Shown: positions 10,213 to 19,662 of the stretch, one piece after another
Layout of the letters: every line of letters begins with the position of its first letter
Numbering within the stretch: position 1 is the stretch's first letter
NCBI GenBank assembly: GCA_902586925.1
Contig: CACIJE010000001.1
Span: 270,104 to 334,103, forward strand
Direction: 5' to 3'
Source: an uncultured SAR86 cluster bacterium
GTDB lineage: Bacteria; Pseudomonadota; Gammaproteobacteria; Magnimaribacterales; D2472
Length of the DNA stretch: 64,000 bases
Made by a program: the position numbers and the translations under genes
Notes under the pieces: model-generated
The model's input: only the letters and a program-made list of their open reading frames with translations
Databases searched by the model: none
What the model was told of the DNA's origin: nothing

Positions 10213-10775
10213 ATTTTCTTAATAAAGTTTTCTATAAGCTTTGTGCCATTATTTGTATCAATTGATTCAGGATGAAACTGAACACCATAAATTGGTCTAT
10301 TGATATGTTCAACCGCCATGATTATCTCCTTATCATCACTTAAAGTTGCAGTGACATTAAGTTCGCTCGGTAAAGTTTTCATATCAATTATTAGGCTATG
10401 GTATCTGACAACATTATAAGATTTTTCAATTTCACTAAAAATTAAGCTTCCATCATGATCGATGCTTGAAGTTTTTCCATGAAAAACTTCTGGTGCCTTT
10501 ATGACATTTCCACCAAAAGCTGCACCAATTGCTTGATGTCCTAAACAAACTCCAAGAATTGGAACTTCTGCAGTCTTAATAAGTTCAACTGATATACCTG
10601 CTTCTTTTGGGGTGCATGGGCCAGGTGATATTACAATCTTGCTTGGATTAATATCCATAATTTCAGATGCGGACATTTCATCATTCCTTATGACTTTGAT
10701 GTCTTTTTCAAACTCACCAATATAATGGACTAGGTTATAGGTAAAACTATCATAATTATCTATAACAATGATCAC
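10209..10775 (-). CDS. trpG: Anthranilate synthase component II (glutamine amidotransferase)
   Basis: IDNYDSFTYNL, ISPGPCTP, LGVCLGHQ, RYHSL, GVQFHPES; lies between trpE and trpD. Confidence 0.96.
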   Translation of the reverse strand: MIIVIDNYDSFTYNLVHYIGEFEKDIKVIRNDEMSASEIMDINPSKIVISPGPCTPKEAGISVELIKTAEVPILGVCLGHQAIGAAFGGNVIKAPEVFHGKTSSIDHDGSLIFSEIEKSYNVVRYHSLIIDMKTLPSELNVTATLSDDKEIIMAVEHINRPIYGVQFHPESIDTNNGTKLIENFIKKI

Positions 10776-12238
10776 GAAATCATCTCCATTGCGTCTAAAA
10801 ATACTTTAGATTTTTGGACACATTCCTCCCATTCCGTTTCTGGATCTGAATCGGCAACTATGCCTGCTCCGGCTCCAACGTGAATTTTGTTATCCCTTAT
10901 TACAGCTGTTCTTATGGCAATCGCAGTATCAATATTACCATTCCAAGATATATAACCTATTGCACCTCCATAAATACCTCTTGAACTTGGCTCAAGCTCA
11001 TTAATTATTTCCATTGCTCTTATTTTTGGAGCGCCTGAAAGAGTTCCAGCTGGCAAAGTAGCTTTAAGAGCATCAGTAAAATTTAATCCCTTAGATAATT
11101 TGCCTACTACGTTTGATACTATATGCATGACATGGGAATATCTTTCGATCACCATTTTTTCAGTCAGTTTCACGCTACCAATTTCAGAAACTCTTCCAAC
11201 ATCATTTCTTCCAAGATCTATAAGCATAAGATGCTCAGCTAACTCTTTTGGATCATTTAATAAATCTTTCTCATTATTTTTATCCTCTTCTTCGTTTGCA
11301 CCTCTTTTTCTCGTGCCTGCAATTGGTCTGAGAGTAATATTGCTATCTTCTAATCTAACCAATATTTCAGGTGAAGATCCGACCACCTCACATTCATCAA
11401 GGTTGAGGTAATACATATATGGTGATGGGTTTATCTGTCTTAGGGCTGAATATAATTTAAATGAATCGCCGTCGAAGGATTGATAAAAATCTTGTGCTAG
11501 TACAACCTGCATTACATCACCTTCTTTTATATATTCTTTAATTTTATTCACAGACGACATGTACTCATTTTTTGTAAAATTTGATTTAAATTCTAATTGC
11601 CCTGTAGTATTTGAATATGAAGTTTCTTCAAGTTCTCCAGAATGATCAATGCTGTTTTGAATCTCCTTAATGATTTCCAAAGCATCTTCATATGATGTCT
11701 TTTGAGGGTTTGCATTATAAACAGCTTGAATACTATTATTAAAATTGTCGTAAACAATTATTTTTTCAGACTTTACCAAATAGATATCAGGCATATGAAC
11801 ATCAAATTTTGAGTCTTTTCTTTGAAGAGCATTAATTTTATTTTCAGCATACTTAGCACTTTCATACGCAAAAAAACCGACATATCCTCCATAAAATCGT
11901 GGCATACCATCTAAAATTGGGGTCTTGTATTCAGCAATTAATTTATTTAGTTCATTAAGGGGCTCTTTGCATTCAATTAGATTAGTTCCCAGAGCTGTTT
12001 TAATTTCAATTTTATTATCTGATACTTTTATTGAGTCTTGGCAATCCAATCCGATTATTGAATACTGAGCCCATTTTTCTCCACCTTCGATGGATTCAAG
12101 CAAGAAATTATTTTTTTTATTCTTAATTCTTGAAAAAACTTTTATGGGTGAATCCAAGTCTTTCTCAATAGTTTTAATCAATGGAACAATGTTAAATCCA
12201 TTTTCTGCAAATTCTATATATTCTTCTTTACTTATCAT
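10772..12238 (-). CDS. trpE: Anthranilate synthase component I
   Basis: LLESIEGGEKWAQYS, NPSPYMYY, RPIAGTRKRG, AEHLMLIDLGRNDVGRV, PAGTLSGAPKIRAM. Confidence 0.97.
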   Translation of the reverse strand: MISKEEYIEFAENGFNIVPLIKTIEKDLDSPIKVFSRIKNKKNNFLLESIEGGEKWAQYSIIGLDCQDSIKVSDNKIEIKTALGTNLIECKEPLNELNKLIAEYKTPILDGMPRFYGGYVGFFAYESAKYAENKINALQRKDSKFDVHMPDIYLVKSEKIIVYDNFNNSIQAVYNANPQKTSYEDALEIIKEIQNSIDHSGELEETSYSNTTGQLEFKSNFTKNEYMSSVNKIKEYIKEGDVMQVVLAQDFYQSFDGDSFKLYSALRQINPSPYMYYLNLDECEVVGSSPEILVRLEDSNITLRPIAGTRKRGANEEEDKNNEKDLLNDPKELAEHLMLIDLGRNDVGRVSEIGSVKLTEKMVIERYSHVMHIVSNVVGKLSKGLNFTDALKATLPAGTLSGAPKIRAMEIINELEPSSRGIYGGAIGYISWNGNIDTAIAIRTAVIRDNKIHVGAGAGIVADSDPETEWEECVQKSKVFLDAMEMIS

Positions 12239-12677
12239 TAGAAAATATTTTTTTAATCTCTATTGAATCTCCAATATTTATATTCTTTTCTTCAAACCAT
12301 CCAGAATTTACTTCAAGAGCATATTTAGCTGCCTTAATTGAACAAACAGAATCTTTTGAAAACGGAACCATATCATATATTTCTATTATTTTTCCTCTAA
12401 TATCAATGTATGCAACGCTTAATGGAACATAAGTGTTTTTCATCCACATGCATTGTTTTCTCTCATATGGCCATATAAATAACATTCCATAATCATTTGG
12501 AATTGATCTTCTGTTCATAAGTCCTTTCTTTCTATCTTCGTATTTTGAAACAATCTCTATGTCAAATAGATATTCTTGAATATCTACAACCTTTGATGCA
12601 TGAAGATTGCTTACAAAAAGTAAAAATATAAAGTATTTAAACAATTTTTGAACGAAGTTCAGATATTGTTTGCTCAT
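12228..12677 (-). CDS. DUF192 family protein
   Basis: [36 protein letters not shown]. The start may instead be TTG at 12644, giving a smaller overlap with rpe. Confidence 0.85.
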   Translation of the reverse strand: MSKQYLNFVQKLFKYFIFLLFVSNLHASKVVDIQEYLFDIEIVSKYEDRKKGLMNRRSIPNDYGMLFIWPYERKQCMWMKNTYVPLSVAYIDIRGKIIEIYDMVPFSKDSVCSIKAAKYALEVNSGWFEEKNINIGDSIEIKKIFSNDK

Positions 12678-13305
12678 AATTTTCAGTATTGAATATAGCT
12701 GAGCCTGCTACAAATGTATCAGCGCCTGCCTCAGACGCTAGACCAATAGTATCCTTGTTTATTCCACCATCTACCTCCAAGCGGACATCTTTTCCAGATT
12801 CATCAATCATTTTCCTAACTTGAGCAATTTTTTCAAGAGAGCTATGAATAAACGATTGGCCACCAAAACCAGGATTAACACTCATAATTAATACCAAATC
12901 TAAATCCTCAAGAACACTTTCTAACGTGTGAAGTGGAGTTGCAGGATTATAAACAAGTCCAGCCTTACAGCCTTTATCTTTTATTGCATGAATTGACCTA
13001 TGAATATGTTTGGTTGCTTCAGGATGAAAACTAATTAAGTTTGCTCCAGCATCTATAAAGCTTTGGGCCAATTCGTCCACTGGATCAATCATTAAATGAA
13101 CATCAATAAATTCTTTTATGCCGTATTCTCTAAGAGCTTTGCAAACCATTGGTCCGATAGTGAGATTAGGAACATAGTGATTATCCATAACATCAAAATG
13201 AACCCAATCAGCTCCTGCATCAAGGACATTACGTACCTCTTCTCCAAGTCTTGCGAAATCTGAAGCTAAGATAGACGGTGCAATTATATTTTTTTGGTCA
13301 CTCAT
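12637..13305 (-). CDS. rpe: Ribulose-phosphate 3-epimerase
   Basis: [49 protein letters not shown]. Confidence 0.98.
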   Translation of the reverse strand: MSDQKNIIAPSILASDFARLGEEVRNVLDAGADWVHFDVMDNHYVPNLTIGPMVCKALREYGIKEFIDVHLMIDPVDELAQSFIDAGANLISFHPEATKHIHRSIHAIKDKGCKAGLVYNPATPLHTLESVLEDLDLVLIMSVNPGFGGQSFIHSSLEKIAQVRKMIDESGKDVRLEVDGGINKDTIGLASEAGADTFVAGSAIFNTENYEQTISELRSKIV

Positions 13306-13308
13306 AAC

Positions 13309-13980
13309 TTAATTTTGATCATTATATAGGCTATTAGCAAGTTTTAAACGTTCATGCGTTCCAACATCTATCCATAAATCATTAGATTTGTGAGCCGATA
13401 CATCTCCATTATTAAGATAATTTGGAAGTACAGTATCCCAAATATTAAAAGAACCCGAACTGAAGTTTTTTTCTTTAAATATGATTGGATTTATAATAGA
13501 GATACCACTCCAAGTTAAATCATTTAACTGATCTAAAACAACAATATTATTATCATTGATACAAAAGTCTCCTTGCTGATTATGAGATGGATTCGGAACT
13601 CCAATTAAATGAGCAGCATCAACTTCTTTTGGTATATTTTTAATATCAATTTTATGAAAAATATCAGAATTCATAACTAAGAAATTTTCATCACCTAATA
13701 AATCTAAAGCATTCAAAATACCTCCACCAGTTCCTAAAGGCTTATCTTCTTTTGAAAACTCAATATTAATATTGGAGAATTTTTCTTTTACATGATTTTC
13801 AATCATAAAACCAAGATGTGAAATATTAATAACGAATTCTGTAAAGTCATTTTTAATTAAATATTCAATATTATGTTGTATTAAAGTTTTATTACCTACT
13901 CTTAAGAGCGGTTTGGGGATTTCTTTAGTTAAGGGTAATAATCTTTTGCCGTACCCAGCAGCTAAAATCATTACTTTCAT
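13309..13980 (-). CDS. murU: N-acetylmuramate alpha-1-phosphate uridylyltransferase
   Basis: MILAAGYGKRLLPLT, KPLL, LGTGGGI, WIDVGTHERL; directly downstream of amgK-like kinase. Confidence 0.85.
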   Translation of the reverse strand: MKVMILAAGYGKRLLPLTKEIPKPLLRVGNKTLIQHNIEYLIKNDFTEFVINISHLGFMIENHVKEKFSNINIEFSKEDKPLGTGGGILNALDLLGDENFLVMNSDIFHKIDIKNIPKEVDAAHLIGVPNPSHNQQGDFCINDNNIVVLDQLNDLTWSGISIINPIIFKEKNFSSGSFNIWDTVLPNYLNNGDVSAHKSNDLWIDVGTHERLKLANSLYNDQN

Positions 13981-14933
13981 AATTGCTCAACAGTTTTCAG
14001 TAAAAGTGGTTGAACTTCTTGTTCTAAAAAAAGTTTAGAGGAATGTTCTTCGGGAATCATCTTTATTAGATTCTTTAAAATTAAGGGCATATCTATTAAT
14101 CTAAAACTTCTATCTTTTGTTAAATATAAATCTGATAAAGTTCCAAGGATTCTAAGATTTCTTTGTATGCAGCCCCATCTAGTATATTCAAAACATGCGT
14201 CATCTGAATATTCTGATTTAACATTTGTTGAGAAAAAATTTAAAAAACTCTTAATGTTGGAAATATCTGCTTCTAAATAGTGATCTACTAAGATTCCTGC
14301 CATATCAATACCAATTGGTCCCTTTTTCATATCTTGATAATCGATAACTGTTAAATGATTATTCTTATTAAGAACTAAGTTACGTCTTTCAAAATCAAAA
14401 TGACAATTAACCCAAGGATGTTGATAAAGCTTATCAATGGTGATTGATATTAAGTCATTAATAGATTCATCTGATGCAATATTTAAAAATTTTTGACAAA
14501 AAACTTTATCAAATAAGCTCATCTGATTGATTAAGTCTTCTTTTGAAAATTCTTCCAGATTCTCAATTTCAGATTCTTGTAATTCAATCAAAAGATTTAA
14601 TGAGCTTTCTAATAGCTCTTTCTTATTATCGTCATTAAATATTGATATCAAGTCTTTGTCTCCCAAATCCTCCTGGATGGTGACTCCGGCTTGTTTATCG
14701 TAATGAATAATATCTACACCTGAAATATGATTTTTTTTAAGCTCGTTAGATATATTAATAAAATTTTCGTGATCGCCTTCGTTTGGGTCAAGGTAGCACA
14801 AAATTATTGTTTCTTTGGCATCATTAATTATTCGCCAATACTCTCTTCCACTAGCTTCTCGTTTTAATGGAATTACCTCTAGAGGGTTAAAGTTAAATTT
14901 TTTACTTAAATTTATTACTTCTTCTTCTTTCAA
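13977..14933 (-). CDS. amgK: Anomeric MurNAc/GlcNAc kinase (APH-like phosphotransferase)
   Basis: EASGREYWR, EDLGD, HFDFERRNL, VIDYQDMKKGP, QRNLRILGTLSDL; amgK-murU pairing near lptD; TTG start. Confidence 0.8.
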   Translation of the reverse strand: MKEEEVINLSKKFNFNPLEVIPLKREASGREYWRIINDAKETIILCYLDPNEGDHENFINISNELKKNHISGVDIIHYDKQAGVTIQEDLGDKDLISIFNDDNKKELLESSLNLLIELQESEIENLEEFSKEDLINQMSLFDKVFCQKFLNIASDESINDLISITIDKLYQHPWVNCHFDFERRNLVLNKNNHLTVIDYQDMKKGPIGIDMAGILVDHYLEADISNIKSFLNFFSTNVKSEYSDDACFEYTRWGCIQRNLRILGTLSDLYLTKDRSFRLIDMPLILKNLIKMIPEEHSSKLFLEQEVQPLLLKTVEQL

Positions 14934-15791
14934 CTAACTATTCTTAATTTCATCAGGCAGAGGAGTATCTTCAGGAACAAAGAAATCTGGCATTAATTCT
15001 CCAAAAGGAACCGAAGCATATTTTGAGAAGTCTTTTACTCCAGATTCATATAACACAATATCATCTATACAAAAATTTCCAGTGAATTCTTTAGAGTCTT
15101 TTGTAAGTATCTCGTATGCTGAGTCAGCCATTATGTCTACATTTCTTGAGAGTTTCATAATTTCATCTCCACCTAGATGATTTTGCACTGCAGCAGTTGC
15201 TATTGCAGTTCTCGGCCAAAGAGCATTTACAGCAATTCCAAATTCTTTAAATTCTTCTGCCATACCCAAAACACACATACTCATTGTATATTTTGCCATT
15301 GTGTAAGCTACTGTACCTGCAAACCATTTAGACTCCATGTCTAAAGGTGGCGCAAGATTTAAAATATGTGGATTATTAGATTTTTTTAAATGAGGTAAGC
15401 AATATTTACTAACCATGTAGGTGCCTCTTCCATTAATTTGATGCATAAGATCATATCTTTTCATTTCAGTATCTGTAACATTGGTTAACTGAATTGCAGA
15501 TGCGTTGTTAATACAAATATCAATACCGCCAAAATGATCAACAGTTTTATTGACCGCATCTCGAACATTATCTTCACTTCTTATATCACAAATTACTGGC
15601 AATGCTTCACCACCAGCCTCAACTATTTCCTCAGCGGCTGTATATATCGTTCCAGGTAGTTTTGGATGAGGTTCTGCTGTTTTTGCAGCTATAGCTATTT
15701 TTGCTCCATCTTCAGCAGCCTTTTTTACCATCGCTAGTCCAATTCCTCTGCTACCACCTGAAATAAATATTACTTTATCTTTTAAACTCAT
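14934..15791 (-). CDS. Short-chain dehydrogenase/reductase, HSDL2-like
   Basis: ISGGSRGIG, AKTAEPHPKLPGTI, NNASAI, YTMAKY, NALWPRTAIATAA. Confidence 0.9.
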   Translation of the reverse strand: MSLKDKVIFISGGSRGIGLAMVKKAAEDGAKIAIAAKTAEPHPKLPGTIYTAAEEIVEAGGEALPVICDIRSEDNVRDAVNKTVDHFGGIDICINNASAIQLTNVTDTEMKRYDLMHQINGRGTYMVSKYCLPHLKKSNNPHILNLAPPLDMESKWFAGTVAYTMAKYTMSMCVLGMAEEFKEFGIAVNALWPRTAIATAAVQNHLGGDEIMKLSRNVDIMADSAYEILTKDSKEFTGNFCIDDIVLYESGVKDFSKYASVPFGELMPDFFVPEDTPLPDEIKNS

Positions 15792-15810
15792 TTTTACCTC
15801 TCATTATTAT

Positions 15811-16551
15811 TTAAAACTTTTCCATGTATGGCCGCAAATCTAATTCGTATGTCCATGCTGTTCTGTCTTGTGTATGAACAAACCAATAAGCATCCGCGAT
15901 TGCATCAGGTTTTAGAATACCGTCTTTTTCTTTTAAAGCATATCTGTCAGGGAAATTTTCTTTTATAAATGCAGTATCTATTGCTCCATCTATTATAAAG
16001 TGAGCAACATGAATTCCTTGAGGGCCTAATTCTCTTGCCATACTTTGACTTAGTGCTCTTAATGCAAATTTTGCACTTGCGAATGCTGAAAAGCCAGAGC
16101 TTCCCCTTATGGAAGCAGTTGCTCCAGTGAAAAAAATAGAGCCTTCGTTTCTCTCTTTCATATATTTTGCTGCCTCTTTTCCAGTTAAAAAACCTGCAAA
16201 GGCAGCCATTTCCCAAACCTTTTTGTATACTTTTGAACTTGTTTCTGTAATTGGATAAAAAACATTTGCTCCAGGATTGAAGATTACTACATCAATTGGA
16301 GCTACTTCTTTGTCTACTTCTTTAAAAAAATCTTTTATAGCACTTTCATCTCGAGCATCAACACCAAAGCCTTTTGCCCATCCACCTGAGTTATTTATAT
16401 CTTCTGCAAGCACATTCACTTTTTCAATATTTCTTGGTCTTCTTGCTGGACAAACTTTATAGCCCTTACTAGCAAACTTCTTTGTTAGAGCGGAGCCAGT
16501 TGCGTCACCAGCACCAATAATAATTGCAGAATATTTTGAAAAATCTTTCAT
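15811..16551 (-). CDS. Short-chain dehydrogenase/reductase
   Basis: IIGAGDATG, FTGATASIRG, FASAKFALR, HVAHFIIDGAIDT, WTYELDLRP. Confidence 0.9.
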   Translation of the reverse strand: MKDFSKYSAIIIGAGDATGSALTKKFASKGYKVCPARRPRNIEKVNVLAEDINNSGGWAKGFGVDARDESAIKDFFKEVDKEVAPIDVVIFNPGANVFYPITETSSKVYKKVWEMAAFAGFLTGKEAAKYMKERNEGSIFFTGATASIRGSSGFSAFASAKFALRALSQSMARELGPQGIHVAHFIIDGAIDTAFIKENFPDRYALKEKDGILKPDAIADAYWFVHTQDRTAWTYELDLRPYMEKF

Positions 16552-16573
16552 AAAAGTGTTTAATTGCCTTACT

Positions 16574-16587
16574 TTACAAAATTGTAA
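16574..16587. promoter_or_regulatory. Palindrome in 42-bp divergent promoter region
   Basis: TTACAA-AA-TTGTAA between the divergent SDR and HCCA-isomerase-like genes. Confidence 0.3.
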
Positions 16588-16593
16588 TAAAAA

Positions 16594-17196
16594 ATGATAG
16601 TAGACTTTATTTATGATGTAGCAACTCCAAATGGCTATTTAACTCATAAAGTAGTACCAGAATTTGAGAAAAGAACCGGCACAAACTTTAATTATGTGCC
16701 TTGTCTAGCAGGTGGAATTTTTAAGCTAACTAATAATATACCTCCACTTATTGCTACTGCAGATATTAAAAATAAAGCTGATTATTTTTTTATTGAAATC
16801 AGTAGATTTGTAAAAAAACATAATTTAACTAAATTCAAAAATAATTCATTTTTTCCACAAAACTCACTAAATATTCAAAGAGGAGCTATTGCTGCTAAGG
16901 AACTTGGTGTACTAAAAGAGTATGTTGAATGTACTATGGCAGCAATGTGGGAAAAAGATTTAAATATCCAGGACTTAGAAGTACTTGAAAAAGTTTTAGA
17001 TGAAGAAGGAATTGATCATAAGACTATTTTAGAAATGATCCAAACAAAAGAATGTAAAGATAAATTAATTGCGAATACATCATGGGCTGTTGAGAAAGGC
17101 GCTTTTGGCATTCCCACATTTTTAATTGATGATCAAATTTTTTTCGGAAAAGATCACATGGATCAACTTGAAGATTACATTAACTCAACAAAATAA
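16594..17196 (+). CDS. 2-hydroxychromene-2-carboxylate isomerase / kappa-class GST (DsbA-like) family protein
   Basis: VDFIYDVATPNGYL, GGIFKLTNN, KGAFGIPTF, FFGKDHM. Confidence 0.85.
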   Translation: MIVDFIYDVATPNGYLTHKVVPEFEKRTGTNFNYVPCLAGGIFKLTNNIPPLIATADIKNKADYFFIEISRFVKKHNLTKFKNNSFFPQNSLNIQRGAIAAKELGVLKEYVECTMAAMWEKDLNIQDLEVLEKVLDEEGIDHKTILEMIQTKECKDKLIANTSWAVEKGAFGIPTFLIDDQIFFGKDHMDQLEDYINSTK

Positions 17197-17248
17197 TAGA
17201 ACTTTCTAGCTTTTGTGCTTTCAAAGTATTGAGGTATAAAATAATCAT

Positions 17249-19657
17249 ATGCAAAAAGTTATAAAAGTTGTTTTTATAACAATTATAGTTTCCTTCAACA
17301 ATTTTATTTTGGCTAATTTGTCAAATAGTGAATCTATAAAAATTAATACCAGTGCAAGTTCATCCTGCCTGATCTATGAACCTTATCTGGGAGTTGTTAA
17401 AGATATTGAAAATTTAAATATAAAGTCTGATAAATTTGAGATTACTGAAAATAAAGTTCTTATTTTAAATGACAATGTTGAGATAGATTTTCCAGATGGC
17501 ATTCTTAAGACAAGAAAGGCAAGAGTTGACAGAGAAAATGACATTATAGAATTTAAAAATAACGGAGAGTTATCTTTAAAAGACTTTTTTTTCAAATCAG
17601 CCGATGGAGTTTTCAATAGGAGTGATTCTTTTGTAGAACTTAATGATGGCAAAGTTTTTTTAAATCAAAGAAATTTAATTATTGATTTTGAATCACTCAA
17701 GGGAGATATAGAAGAGAGAGTTGAAATTAAAAATATTTCGATGACATCTTGTTCAGATTCTTCAAACGGCTGGGAACTTATTGCAGAAAATATTGTTATA
17801 AATGATAAATCAAAAAGAGGCTATGCAAAAAAAGTTAAGGTTAATGCATTTGATAAAACAATTTTAAGACTTCCTTTTTTACCATTTGCAACATCAGATG
17901 AGAGATTATCTGGGTTTTTAGAGCCTAAAGTATCTTATTCATCTGATGGCTTAGATTTTATGGTTCCATATTACTTTATAGTGTCCGATAAGTCTGACAT
18001 AACACTTGCATTGAGAAATATATCTGAAAGGGGAACTGGTATTGAAGGAAATTTCAGGAATCTGCATGGAAACAATAACAATCTTAGAAACATAGATTTG
18101 ATATATTTTAATGATGATGATGACTATAAAAAAAATTATCCATCAAATTCTGAATCAAGATGGGCATTTGCACTAGAAGACTCATATGGAAATTATAAAA
18201 ATTTTTGGATAGATGTAGACTGGTCTAAATCTTCAGATAGTTTAGTTTTAAGAGACTTACCTGGAGATATTACTAGTATTGGAAATCAGAGAGAACAAAA
18301 TTTGAAACAAAACATAAAGATAAATTCATCCTTAGGGAATTTCAGAGTTCAAATATCTCAAGAAGGTTATCAAACTCTTAATCCAATTCTAACTAATGGT
18401 TATAAAAAATCTCCATCAATTGATATTAACTATTACAGAAATTTTAAAAATTTCTCCCTCAAAGAACATTTAAACTTTACGAATTTTGTTGCAGATAACA
18501 TTCATGGATTTTATGGGATTAATAACATAGATGAATTTCAATCTTTGATTAAAAACCCACTTGAAGGCTCAAGGTTTTTTTATAATTTAGAAGTCTCTAA
18601 CTCTACGCATTTTAATGGTTATAAGATATCTAGCTCCTTTGGTATAAGGGGAATAGATTACGATATAGAAAATAAAAATAGGATAAAAACTAAATCAGTA
18701 ATTGTTCCAACTCTCAATTTTGATATCAGTACATCTTTCATCAAAAAGGATTCAGGAAATAGTCATATCGTTAAACCAAGGATATATTATGGTTATGTAG
18801 GATATGAAAATCAGGAAAATAATCCAGTATTTGATAGTTATAAATTAGGGATGATGAATCAACTTTTTAATATTAATCGTTTTACTGGAATGGATAGGAT
18901 TGGGGATCAAAACTTTTATACGTTAAGTATCGAGTATAAAAAAAGACATATGGATATGAATAAAATATCTTTAAAGTTAAGTCAAAAATTTTATATAAAA
19001 GATAGAAAAGTATTCATAGACGAGATGAGTCATATGCAAACGGAATCCAAAATGACTTCTAATTCAATGGGCATGGGAATGATGGAGATGTCGATGATGC
19101 CAATGACAATGATGAGTGGAGATAAAGGTCCCTTAATGTTAATGGGCAAATGGATGCCGAGCATGAATACTATGGTAATGACATATGGAAGTTATTCTGA
19201 GGAGATGAAAAAATTTCCCATGGCAGGTCTAACGATTAATCATAGATTAGAAAATGGGAAAATAGGATATGCTAAGAGATATACAAGAATGTCGGGTGAT
19301 TTTAATAATAAGCTTGATTATTCAGAGTTTTTTGTAGATTTTAAAATAAAAGATAATTTAAATATTATAGCAAAGTTCAAAAGAGATGATGATTTAAATG
19401 AAAGTATAGAATCCTCGTTTGGTATTGGGTATGAAAATTGTTGTTTTGCTTTTAGAATAGTTGTATCAGATAAAAACCTTTCAAGATATTTAGATGGCTA
19501 TAAATCTGAAACCTTTAATTATCTTAGAGAAGCGTGGGATAGTATTATAAAAATTGAGAACAAAAGTAGAATTAACTTTGAATTTGAACTCAAAGGACTT
19601 AACTCGTCTTTTGAAAAAGTTTCAAGATTCATTAATAATTCGATTCTGGATTACTGA
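17249..19657 (+). CDS. lptD: LPS-assembly protein LptD (with Met-rich segment)
   Basis: Position before surA-pdxA-rsmA; PFLPFATSDERLSGFL, FTGMDRIGDQN, TSC and C-terminal YENCC cysteines. Confidence 0.9.
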   Translation: MQKVIKVVFITIIVSFNNFILANLSNSESIKINTSASSSCLIYEPYLGVVKDIENLNIKSDKFEITENKVLILNDNVEIDFPDGILKTRKARVDRENDIIEFKNNGELSLKDFFFKSADGVFNRSDSFVELNDGKVFLNQRNLIIDFESLKGDIEERVEIKNISMTSCSDSSNGWELIAENIVINDKSKRGYAKKVKVNAFDKTILRLPFLPFATSDERLSGFLEPKVSYSSDGLDFMVPYYFIVSDKSDITLALRNISERGTGIEGNFRNLHGNNNNLRNIDLIYFNDDDDYKKNYPSNSESRWAFALEDSYGNYKNFWIDVDWSKSSDSLVLRDLPGDITSIGNQREQNLKQNIKINSSLGNFRVQISQEGYQTLNPILTNGYKKSPSIDINYYRNFKNFSLKEHLNFTNFVADNIHGFYGINNIDEFQSLIKNPLEGSRFFYNLEVSNSTHFNGYKISSSFGIRGIDYDIENKNRIKTKSVIVPTLNFDISTSFIKKDSGNSHIVKPRIYYGYVGYENQENNPVFDSYKLGMMNQLFNINRFTGMDRIGDQNFYTLSIEYKKRHMDMNKISLKLSQKFYIKDRKVFIDEMSHMQTESKMTSNSMGMGMMEMSMMPMTMMSGDKGPLMLMGKWMPSMNTMVMTYGSYSEEMKKFPMAGLTINHRLENGKIGYAKRYTRMSGDFNNKLDYSEFFVDFKIKDNLNIIAKFKRDDDLNESIESSFGIGYENCCFAFRIVVSDKNLSRYLDGYKSETFNYLREAWDSIIKIENKSRINFEFELKGLNSSFEKVSRFINNSILDY

Positions 19658-19662
19658 TTAAT

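Noticed and set aside
19025-19222. Met-rich LptD segment as a microsatellite or assembly slippage artefact
   Set aside because: Intervening codons are diverse, there is no exact tandem unit, and the frame stays open to the conserved YENCC C-terminus.
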